Assembly: GCA_965237525.1 (NCBI GenBank)
Contig: CBDEFO010000008.1
Location: 1,696,001 to 1,760,000 of the forward strand
Origin: Candidatus Latescibacterota bacterium
Lineage (GTDB): Bacteria; Latescibacterota; CBDEFO01
Length of the DNA: 64,000 nt
Direction: 5' to 3'
In this document: positions 9,757-18,234 of the stretch, in pieces
How the letters are laid out: every line of letters starts with the position of its first letter
How positions within the stretch are numbered: the first letter of the stretch is position 1
Made by a program: the position numbers and the translations under genes
The notes under the pieces: model-generated
Told to the model about the DNA's origin: nothing
Seen by the model: the letters and a program-made list of their open reading frames with translations, nothing else
Database searches by the model: none

Positions 9757-10783
9757 CAGGAGACGCGACGATATAGATAGGCTGAGGTCTATCCTGAAGC
9801 GGATATACAACGGGATGGATGAGAAGTTCAGGAGGCCCAATCAGGTTCTGGGACAGAGGAGTGCGATTGGCTGCGTAGCTCTGGAGATCACCCAGAGATG
9901 CAATCTGGACTGCACGTTGTGCTATCTGAGCGAAAATAGCGAAAGCGTCTCAGATCTTCCCATCGAGGAGTTGAAGAGGAGGCTCGATCAGATTAAAGTG
10001 AAATTCGGGGTAGGGACGAACGTTCAGATCACAGGCGGCGACCCTACTTTGAGACAGAAAGATGAGCTGATCGAGATCGTCAGATATACAGCAAAGTTGG
10101 GACTCTATCCGGCGCTCTTTACGAACGGCTTGAGGGCATCAAGAGAGCTTTTAAAGGAACTGAAAGACGCAGGGCTGATGGACGTGGCTTTTCACGTGGA
10201 CCTGACGCAGGAGATAAAGGGCTACAGAACTGAAGATGAGTTAAATAGAATCCGTGAAAAATATATCGAGAGGGCAAGGGGCCTTGGGTTATGCGTCATA
10301 TTCAATACGACCCTGTTCGAGGGGAACGCACACGAGTTAGGCGTTCTGGTGGATTTCTTTAAGAGGAATTCAGACGTAGTGTCAATGTGCAGTTTTCAAC
10401 TGCACGCGGATACAGGCAGGAGTATTCTGGGAAAAAGGGAAAAGGACATTACCATAGAGAACGTGCAAAGGAAAATATGCCAAGCTCTGGGGACAGAGCT
10501 CAATTTTGACAGCGTGATTATAGGGCATCCCAAGTGCCACAAGATAGCGTATTCTTTAATCGTGGGAGATAAGACTGTGGACCTGGTGGACGATGTGGAA
10601 CTCTTTTCGGATTTTCTGAGGGACTATGGTACCGTAGTCCTGGATAGAAAGAGACCCTATCTTACAGCTTTGAAGCTCCTGGGACTCTTAACGCTGAATC
10701 CCAGGTGGATGCCCCGGACATTGAAGTTTGTGGGAAGGAAGGTAAGGGAAAATATCTGGGACCTTATCGGATCAGGATTTAAA

Positions 10784-12300
10784 AGCCTTGTGAAATAGTT
10801 ATGTCCCAGGCAGCGTCTGAAGCGCCGATTATGGGTCAAAGAGTAGCATATCGTATCGTTTTGCTGTGGAATAAGCAAAATAGTCTTATCAGAGTTCTGG
10901 TCAGCAAGGAACAGGAGCTGTTTGAAGAACAGGATGCACTGTCTTTGACAGACAGGGCACACATAGACGCTTTCCCCCTTCTTATGAAAGATACAAGCCT
11001 CTTGAGATTCTGTACTGTTGCAACAAGATTCAACTGTTCATTCAGTGAGGCTGGTCCTCTGTAACGGGCTCGTCCCATACCGTGTTGTTGGTTGGCTTCA
11101 GCAAAGATATGTTCACTGCGTTTACGGAGTCTCCGGGAGAGTTTGTAGTCAGCTGTTAATGAGATAGACCGTGCATGATTTCTGGCTTTCGCCTCTCGCA
11201 CTTTTCTATCCCGTTCGGCCTGAATATGTGCTGGATTTGTCTTGTTTTTCCATGTAGGAATCGGTTCAATCTTCTCATCGGCTCGCAGAGGAATATGGGG
11301 TATGATTCCCCGGTCAAGTACATCAGCGATAAAATTACCAGAACCGTAACCGGTATCGGCACTAAGTGTCTGAATGTCTTTGGGCATGGTGTATGTTTCA
11401 AGGTCATCTACCATCTTAAGGGCACTTTCGGGCTCTGCTGTCCCTGTCGCCTGCGTGCCCTGAGTCTCAAGGATTACTCTGCTTTTTGTGTCGATCAGAT
11501 CATGGCCCATAAACGAGAGAAAAGCCCCTTTGCCCTTCGATTTGCTGTATAAGCGCGCGTCGGGGTCTGTAGTCGAACGGTGTGTTTGGTTCGTCCACTT
11601 TTCACCATGAAAGTCTTTATCCTGAGGATGCCCGGACCTACCCTTTGTCTTATCACCTTCAAAACCGATTCCCTTGAGATAATCATCAAGAGAAACAGGG
11701 GGTTCTATCGGCTCAATACTTTTCACTGAAGCATCAGCTTGTATCTGAGTGCCGTCGACACTAAGGTGTTTACCGCTCACAAGACCGACATCTATGCAAC
11801 ACTGGACTACCTGACGCATTATCCGTTCAAACAACCCACTGGATGCCCACTTGTGATTGCGAAGCTTGTTGATCGTGCTCCTATCCGGAACCGCATCATC
11901 AAATGTCTGATGACAAAACAACCGATATGCCGCATGCATCCCCACTTCCTGACAGAGCCGATTCTCACTCAAATTATACAGATAGCCAATAAGGATCATT
12001 CGAACAACTAATTCAGGATCAATACCGGGTCTGCCATTGTCAGGGCAATAACAATCTGATACAACGTCTCGTACAAATGAAAAATCAACTGCCTCATCAA
12101 TCTGACGAAGGATATGATCCTCGGGAACTAAATCCTCCATCTGAAAATAGTGAAACATCGGATTTGTCTGTTCCTGCTTTTGTGGGGTCATTGTTTCCTC
12201 CATGTATAATATTATCAATAACATAATATAATACATCGGAGCTGCTTTATCAATGCTTGTTCTATACTACTTTCTGAATCTAAGGGTTTTTCACAAGGCT
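10784..12300 (-). mobile_element. IS1182-family insertion sequence (~1.5 kb)
   Basis: Terminal IRs AGCCTTGTGAAA / TTTCACAAGGCT flanked by duplicated TTTAAA (or TTAA if each end is 1 bp longer). Confidence 0.92.
10836..12191 (-). CDS. IS1182-family DDE transposase
   Basis: EDLVPEDHILR, GRPGIDP, SVDGTQIQADAS, STTDPDARL, ADTGYG, RKRSEHIFAE; ATG 12191 with GGAGG. Confidence 0.93.
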   Translation of the reverse strand: MTPQKQEQTNPMFHYFQMEDLVPEDHILRQIDEAVDFSFVRDVVSDCYCPDNGRPGIDPELVVRMILIGYLYNLSENRLCQEVGMHAAYRLFCHQTFDDAVPDRSTINKLRNHKWASSGLFERIMRQVVQCCIDVGLVSGKHLSVDGTQIQADASVKSIEPIEPPVSLDDYLKGIGFEGDKTKGRSGHPQDKDFHGEKWTNQTHRSTTDPDARLYSKSKGKGAFLSFMGHDLIDTKSRVILETQGTQATGTAEPESALKMVDDLETYTMPKDIQTLSADTGYGSGNFIADVLDRGIIPHIPLRADEKIEPIPTWKNKTNPAHIQAERDRKVREAKARNHARSISLTADYKLSRRLRKRSEHIFAEANQQHGMGRARYRGPASLNEQLNLVATVQNLKRLVSFIRRGKASMCALSVKDSASCSSNSSCSLLTRTLIRLFCLFHSKTIRYATL

Positions 12301-12497
12301 TTTAAAGTGCGGAAACTATCGTTCTTTATCCACAATTTTCAGGATGCAGATGATCTTGACCCTGAGAGGATAGAGATGTGTTCTTTCCACTGCGCCACTT
12401 CCGATGGGTCTGTCTCTATGTGTCTTCACAATGCCAAAAGGGACGATTTCATATTGCCCCATGTAGAACCGATGTCGAGAAACACAGGAGGAGAACG

Positions 12498-12683
12498 ATG
12501 GCAAAGTACAGAGTTGGGATTGTAGGTTGCACAGGCATTGCGGCACGCAGGAGAGAAGACGGTCTTAATCTCCCGTTAGGAGAAGAGATGCCTGGTTCTC
12601 ACGCCGCGGCGCATGCTATTGAGCCTTCCACCCAGGTTGTGGCAGTATGCGATATTCTGCAAAGACAGGAAATACGAGGGTAG
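12498..12683 (+). pseudogene. Truncated Gfo/Idh/MocA oxidoreductase (Rossmann N-terminus only)
   Basis: GGAGGAG RBS; MAKYRVGIVGCTGIA...HAAAH...VVAVCDI, then a stop after 61 aa. Confidence 0.7.
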
Positions 12684-12699
12684 ATTTGCCCCTTCGAGG

Positions 12700-12990
12700 C
12701 TAACCGGCTATCGCTTGTACCCTTGTGGCAAACTCGAAATCGTTCTGGCTGATCCCGTCCACGTCGTGGGTGACAAGATCTATCGTTACTCTATTGTAGA
12801 CATTGAACCACTCCGGATGATGGTTCAGGGATTCTGCCACAAGTGCGACACTTGCCATAAACCCGAACGCCTCTACGAACGACCCGAACTGGAAGGTCTT
12901 GTGGAGCTTTCCCTCGACGATCTCCCAGCCCTCAAGACCTGATAACTGCTCCGCTATCTCCTTATCGGTGAGTTTTTCTAACTTTGGCAT
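12700..12990 (-). CDS. phhB: Pterin-4-alpha-carbinolamine dehydratase
   Basis: AESLNHHPEWFNVYNRV..L.THD motif. Confidence 0.95.
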   Translation of the reverse strand: MPKLEKLTDKEIAEQLSGLEGWEIVEGKLHKTFQFGSFVEAFGFMASVALVAESLNHHPEWFNVYNRVTIDLVTHDVDGISQNDFEFATRVQAIAG

Positions 12991-13168
12991 CTGCAACCTC
13001 CTCGGTTTTATCCTGCGAGTCTTCATCTGTATGCATAATAATAACAAAGTCCCACGCGAAGCTCAAGAGGTTAATTTGGCTGATTTTCCGTCTTTAGTTT
13101 ATATGATGTATATCTGCGATGCTGTATGAATCAGTTTTGCATTATTACATGATTAGAGGAGAGCAAAA

Positions 13169-13867
13169 ATGTCATCGACGGGTTTTAGGATCTTCTTTTT
13201 TGTATTCGCTTGCTTGCTTCTGGCTTCTTTAGCGGTCATCTTTCAAGATAACCGTTGGCTAGCAGCGATAGTTCTTGTAGGATTAGTTGCGCTTATTATT
13301 CTCACTCCCCTCTTTGAAAAAATACGTTCGCTGACTCGCTTTGGTGCAGAATTCTCTCCTGAACGTGTCAAAGTAACGGCAGAAGCTAATGGGCAGAGAA
13401 CGTCTATTCAAGGAAGCGTTCAGGAGCAGATGTCAACTCAGCTTAATGAAACCCAAAACGCTCTTGCTAAAGCTGTTGATGACATGTTAGCCAATGACCC
13501 ATCCGAAATTTCGCAACAAGATGTTCGCGAACAGGTACGGAGAGCTATTGATGAGTATATGTCGCAGGCCCAGCAGCAAGCAGTTGTTGCTATGGACCTT
13601 TCCATAGAGAGATTAATATTCGAGTACTTTCTTCGCGGTGCTGCTTTGTACGCTGACCTTCTAAAGCATCTAGCATATGTTCTTTTCGGGAGAGTAGATG
13701 ATATTGCAATAAATGATACTCACGAATATATTAAGCCCATTATTGAAAAAAAGCAAACGGACAGAACACTTGCTTTTACCCAAGTTCAAGGGAGATGGGT
13801 CGGTTATCTGATTCAAAGTGACATCTCTCCTGATCCGTCTAGCCCCTCTAATCAGACAGAAGAATGA
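13169..13867 (+). CDS. Hypothetical membrane protein (2 N-terminal TM helices, Gln-rich helical region)
   Basis: 232-aa ORF with AGGAG RBS; more AT-rich than neighbours. Confidence 0.7.
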   Translation: MSSTGFRIFFFVFACLLLASLAVIFQDNRWLAAIVLVGLVALIILTPLFEKIRSLTRFGAEFSPERVKVTAEANGQRTSIQGSVQEQMSTQLNETQNALAKAVDDMLANDPSEISQQDVREQVRRAIDEYMSQAQQQAVVAMDLSIERLIFEYFLRGAALYADLLKHLAYVLFGRVDDIAINDTHEYIKPIIEKKQTDRTLAFTQVQGRWVGYLIQSDISPDPSSPSNQTEE

Positions 13868-13915
13868 ATAAAGACATACGCAACAGGAGATAATCAGATT
13901 TTCAAGGAGAAATGG

Positions 13916-14875
13916 ATGTCATCCGATCAAACGCTCAAGGTATCTATGGCGGGCTACGGCTCCATCGCTGAAGAACACGTAATAGCCTTCAAGAAGATAG
14001 GCGGAATCTCATTCGGGACACTGGTGGGAAGGAGACCCCAAGAGACCGCTGATTTTGCCAGAGAGCACGGATTTGCCAGATATACGTTTGACTACGCTGA
14101 GGCCCTAAAAGAGAACGAGAGCCCCGTGATGGTCATTACCACTCCCAACGGTCTGCACTATCAGATGACGCGGGATGCGCTGTCTGCGGGCAAACACGTC
14201 TTGTTAGAGGTCCCGGCAGCGATGAGCTATCAGGAGACTGCGGACTTAGCCCGAAGGGCACAAAGTGCTAAGAGACGCGTCTTGGTTTGCCACACATTCC
14301 GCTTCACGCCGACCATGCAGAACCTTCGAGAGCGCATACTGTCCGGGGAGTTCGGTCGCGTGCACATGGTCCAGGCACGCCGCTGTCGTCTGCGCAGAGA
14401 CGAGGGCGTAAGCTGGAAGGGCCGCAAGCGCCACTGGCTGGACAGCGCTCACTGGCATCACGGCAGTCACGAAGTCGATCTGCTGCTGTGGATTACCGGG
14501 AAAGAGGTAGCCGAAGTGAAGGGGTTCGTCGAGCCAGCCGGCCGGGAGGCTCTGGACTCGGTCATCCTGATGCGCACGGAGGACGCAGCCATCCTGACTG
14601 TGACTGAGTCCTTCAATTCTCCCCTGGAGATTAATGATTACGTCTTTTTCACCGATAAGGCTACGATAGTCGTGGAAAATTCAGCGCGCGTCCTAATCGA
14701 CGGCAAAGAGGAAAGTGACATCGGGGAGGCGCACGCTCCGGCAGTCGAGTCTCAGAACCGGGAGTTCCTCCACGCCCTTAAAGAGGATCGCGAACCGTGC
14801 CCCAATCTTGACGACGTCCTGCCTGCCATGAAGGTCCTTCAGGAGGCTGAGGATAGCGGATTGAGGCAGGAATGA
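13916..14875 (+). CDS. Gfo/Idh/MocA family oxidoreductase
   Basis: GYGSIA, TPNGLH, GKHVLLEVP, HHGSHEVD. Confidence 0.92.
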   Translation: MSSDQTLKVSMAGYGSIAEEHVIAFKKIGGISFGTLVGRRPQETADFAREHGFARYTFDYAEALKENESPVMVITTPNGLHYQMTRDALSAGKHVLLEVPAAMSYQETADLARRAQSAKRRVLVCHTFRFTPTMQNLRERILSGEFGRVHMVQARRCRLRRDEGVSWKGRKRHWLDSAHWHHGSHEVDLLLWITGKEVAEVKGFVEPAGREALDSVILMRTEDAAILTVTESFNSPLEINDYVFFTDKATIVVENSARVLIDGKEESDIGEAHAPAVESQNREFLHALKEDREPCPNLDDVLPAMKVLQEAEDSGLRQE

Positions 14876-14954
14876 AGCCATACCGTCTATGCAGGAAAGC
14901 TCTCAAGATAGAGGATATGCAGTAAAGTCAATAACGTAGCAGGGGAGGCACACT

Positions 14955-15848
14955 ATGTCTAGCAACTCGGATTGGCCCTGGTTTTGGTCTCTTCATGCTG
15001 GAATGGTAGGCAGCGATCACGAGACAATAATTTCCACTTGCCAGACAGCGGGTGTCAATAGTATTGAAATGCCTTCTTATCTGATTGAGGGGATGGGGTT
15101 CGGGGAGTTAGAGGAACTGGAACGGCAGTACGCGGAGGCTGGAATCCGCATCGACTCCTTTCACCTTCCGTTCACTGCCGAAGATGATCTGAGCAACTTT
15201 TACGAGACCGGACGCCGCCATGCAGTTGACCGGATACGTCAATTTTTGGAGTTAATCCCTGCCCTGAAGGTTCGAGTAGCTATCCAGCATGCCACAACCA
15301 GCCCCATTTTAATGGGCGGTAACCTCCACAAAACGAGCGTTGACGTTGAGGGCTTCGATCCTTTCCTTCGTCAACTCGGAAAGAGCCTGGACGAACTCCT
15401 TCCGATAGCCGAGTCCGGCGGAATTCAGATCGCACTGGAAAATATGCAATCTCCGGAGGATGGCGGGAGATTCTGCTCGCGTCCGGAGCACTTCGAACGA
15501 CTCGCTGCTGAGTTTGACCACCTCAACCTGGGGTTTTGCTTCGACACAGGCCACGCTCTGATCTCGGTCGGCCCTGATCGAGTGGACGAACTCTTCGATG
15601 CAATGGCGCCGCGCCTTTGTCAGTTTCACCTGGCCGACAACGCTGGAGACAGGGACTCTCACCTTGCTCCCGGACGCGGATTGGTGGACTGGAACCAGTT
15701 CTTCCGGAAAGTCGTCCAGCTCGACTACCGTTACGGGATGTGCGTTGAGACGCCGCCATTTGCCCCTGGACCTAATTACGCCATGGAATCTTGGCAGCAG
15801 ATGTTGGAAGACCTCGACGAGATGGTTCGGCAGGCGCTCAGTAAGTAG
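14955..15848 (+). CDS. Sugar phosphate isomerase/epimerase (xylose-isomerase-like TIM barrel)
   Basis: ALENM, FDTGHA, HLADN, DSHLAPGRG, CVE metal ligands. Confidence 0.9.
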   Translation: MSSNSDWPWFWSLHAGMVGSDHETIISTCQTAGVNSIEMPSYLIEGMGFGELEELERQYAEAGIRIDSFHLPFTAEDDLSNFYETGRRHAVDRIRQFLELIPALKVRVAIQHATTSPILMGGNLHKTSVDVEGFDPFLRQLGKSLDELLPIAESGGIQIALENMQSPEDGGRFCSRPEHFERLAAEFDHLNLGFCFDTGHALISVGPDRVDELFDAMAPRLCQFHLADNAGDRDSHLAPGRGLVDWNQFFRKVVQLDYRYGMCVETPPFAPGPNYAMESWQQMLEDLDEMVRQALSK

Positions 15849-16005
15849 ACAGGGAGCACACCTTACCCCCTCCGAGATTGCTTCGGGGTGAGCCCCCTTG
15901 CATTGACAGTGTGTCCTTTGTTCATTGCGAGTCCCCGATTTAATTTATCGGGCGGAGCCCAGAGCCTTTAGCCCAGAGCGAAGCGAAGGGTCAGCAAAGC
16001 AATCA
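15844..16005. repeat. Composite dispersed repeat cluster (AGTAGACAGGG head, GAGATTGCTTCG...GCAATGAC hairpin, inverted copy)
   Basis: 15844-15907 aligns with 19915-19978; the inverted copy at 15921-16005 contains a CCCCGAT..ATCGGG insert. Confidence 0.8.
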
Positions 16006-16045
16006 CGGAAGACAATAAACAGGCCTCTGAAAGGCGGTTCTGCGC

Positions 16046-16074
16046 TTGACTTTCGTTCAGAATTTGCTTATATT
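16046..16074 (+). promoter_or_regulatory. sigma70-like promoter
   Basis: TTGACT-N17-TATATT. Confidence 0.55.
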
Positions 16075-16117
16075 GCTGTAAAAATAGGGAATACATAGGG
16101 GCGCGGTAACACAACAT

Positions 16118-16170
16118 CTACATTCATCCCCTCTGTATCCCCCCTTATTAAGGGGGGACTTAAAGGGGGG
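16118..16170 (+). repeat. 53-bp palindromic element, left copy
   Basis: ctacattca..tatcccccc-ttattaa-gggggg-acttaaagggggg; inverted homologue at 17370-17422. Confidence 0.85.
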
Positions 16171-16192
16171 ATGAGAAGCAACAACAATCACG

Positions 16193-17248
16193 ATGGAGAT
16201 ATACGACGTTGTAGTAATAGGAGCAGGTCCCGCAGGGGCGCAGGCGGCGATCAGCGCATCGCATCAGATGCGCCACGTCCTCGTCTTGGATGCTGGAGGG
16301 GTGAGCCGCCTCAAAGGGAGGGCCTACTGGTCGAAGTCAGTGATGTTCGAGGATGTCCCTGTCTTTAGCGGCATCACAGGGCCGGACTTTATAAAGGCTT
16401 TGCGGAAATGGATGGAATCGAGGCCCGTAAGGGATGTCCAGATAGCCGGGGTTGAAAGGAAAGCGGGCATCGAAATTAAGGGTGCAAGGGCCCTCGAGGT
16501 CTCAAGATCGGAGGACATCTTCGATATCGAAGCGTCCCTATCTCCCCTGAAGGGAGGTGCTCCACTGCAGATCGAGAACTTCTTCGGTCGAACGGTAGTT
16601 GTGGCTTCCGGGTTCGAGGATATTTGGCCCGATATCGAGGTGGACCAGACGGCAGAGAGGCTGTACCAGCGCTATCGGACTGTCTTTAGATATGCGGGAA
16701 ATCGCAAAGGCTGGCACGTGTGCATCCGCTGCGACGGTCACCTCCACGTGGACAGGGACATCGCTGTCGTGGGTGCGGGCGACTATATCTACGATGTCGC
16801 AGCGGGAGCTCAGGATTTCACAGATAAGATAACGATACTGACAAACGGAAGACCTCACGGGATGTCAAAGGAAGTGCTCGATACGGTGAAAGGGAGAAAC
16901 ATTCCGATTATCGAGGAGAGAATAGAAAAGCACATAGGGATGGGGACAGACCTTCTGGGATTTAAATTGGAGAATGGAAAGGAACTCTTCTTCGACGGTT
17001 TCTTCGTAGATGAGGGACTCGTGGCAAACGCTGAATTTTTAGACAAATGGGCAATAAGAACGGACGAGGAAGGTCTCTTAATAGTGGACGACGATAATCA
17101 GGTCCTCGATTCAAAGGGGAGCAAGGTCGAGGGTCTGTTCGCTGCGGGGGACATAGTCTCAGGGACGAGGAATCTAATAGCAAGCGCCTTCGGCTCGGGA
17201 CAAAATGCCGGTCTTGAGGCATGCGATTCCCTGCGCAAGTTCGATTAA
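16193..17248 (+). CDS. Thioredoxin-reductase-like FAD/NAD(P) oxidoreductase
   Basis: DVVVIGAGPAG, CIRCDG (CxxC), GLFAAGD. Confidence 0.9.
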   Translation: MEIYDVVVIGAGPAGAQAAISASHQMRHVLVLDAGGVSRLKGRAYWSKSVMFEDVPVFSGITGPDFIKALRKWMESRPVRDVQIAGVERKAGIEIKGARALEVSRSEDIFDIEASLSPLKGGAPLQIENFFGRTVVVASGFEDIWPDIEVDQTAERLYQRYRTVFRYAGNRKGWHVCIRCDGHLHVDRDIAVVGAGDYIYDVAAGAQDFTDKITILTNGRPHGMSKEVLDTVKGRNIPIIEERIEKHIGMGTDLLGFKLENGKELFFDGFFVDEGLVANAEFLDKWAIRTDEEGLLIVDDDNQVLDSKGSKVEGLFAAGDIVSGTRNLIASAFGSGQNAGLEACDSLRKFD

Positions 17249-17369
17249 GCGTTAAGTGCCACCACATTGTGGCACTCATCATTTAAGCCTTGCGATTCCT
17301 CAGCTGAGCAGCGTCATTGTGATCCGAAGCGAAGCATTCTCAATCATCAAGCGACCTTGAAGCGTCTGA

Positions 17370-17422
17370 CCCCCCTTTAATTCCCCCCTTGTTAAGGGGG
17401 GATATTAGGAGGGTGAATGTAG
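17370..17422 (-). repeat. 53-bp palindromic element, right (inverted) copy
   Basis: Reverse complement aligns without gaps to 16118-16170. Confidence 0.85.
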
Positions 17423-17550
17423 GGGTGATCCCCGATTGAGACATTCGGGGACAGGCCCATGTGTTCGCCCGATTTATCCGTATTTTTCAGGGCAGACCTT
17501 GCATTTGTTGAAAAGATTCCTAAATTTACAGATGGAGAAAGGAGTACAAG

Positions 17551-17928
17551 ATGGCTGTCTTTATGCATACCAGAGTTCGGGTCAGCGACCTTGACAGGTC
17601 TATTAAGTTCTACTCTGACAATTTAGGTTTCGCGCTCAAGAGTCCGCCTCACGGATCGCCTCACGGCAACCAGATCGCCTTCTTGGAGTTGCCTGGCAAC
17701 GACCACGGCTTCGAACTGACCTATTCAGCGGACTACAAGCTGAACGTCCCGGAGGACCTGATGCACATAGCGATCGGGGTGCCCGATCTTATCGCTCTTT
17801 GCGATGAGTTAGAATCTAAAGGAATTGAGATCTGGCCCGACGGATGGCGGGAGAAATTCAAGACCGAGCACAAGATGGCCTTTATAGACGACCCTGACGG
17901 CTACGAGATCGAACTGTTAGAGCGCTAA
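17551..17928 (+). CDS. VOC family protein (lactoylglutathione lyase-like)
   Basis: HTRVRVSDLDRSIKFY, ELTY, HIAIGV, FIDDPDGYEIEL. Confidence 0.92.
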   Translation: MAVFMHTRVRVSDLDRSIKFYSDNLGFALKSPPHGSPHGNQIAFLELPGNDHGFELTYSADYKLNVPEDLMHIAIGVPDLIALCDELESKGIEIWPDGWREKFKTEHKMAFIDDPDGYEIELLER

Positions 17929-17983
17929 GATGGGTTAGATGGACATGGAAAAATTGGCATTCTGAAGTCGGCTTGCCTGACGC

Positions 17984-18079
17984 GACGGAGGGTGACGGAT
18001 AGTTATAGTAGAACTTTTCATTATTTGCTTTCCAATTAAAACTGAGAAAGTTATAGTAAACCCTCCGTCACCCTCCGTC
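17984..18079. repeat. Perfect 16-bp inverted repeat around a 64-bp AT-rich spacer
   Basis: GACGGAGGGTGACGGA (17984-17999) and TCCGTCACCCTCCGTC (18064-18079). Confidence 0.85.
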
Positions 18080-18234
18080 ATTGCCACAAAGTGTGCATGT
18101 CAGTCCACTATATGACCCTGATCTCTGGCTCTTTGCAGATCTTGATCTTCAACGTCTTGTAGGTCTTGATATTCATCTTCAAAATCTTCGAGATCGTGAT
18201 CTCTAATGACTTGCGGGTCTCGATCAGGAAACTT

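Larger units (their letters stand above)
9746..12525 (+). pseudogene. Radical SAM protein interrupted by an IS1182-family element (pieces 9746-10783 and 12307-12525)
   Basis: CNLDCTLC and QITGGDPT motifs. Removing the IS restores the frame GGA TTT AAA GTG CGG (GFKVRK...) and gives 418 aa with a C-terminal ...ERIEMCSFHCATSDGSVSMCLHN... motif. Confidence 0.9.

Noticed and set aside
12253..12525. 90-aa ORF as an independent gene
   Set aside because: It is the severed 3' end of the radical SAM gene read from inside the IS end
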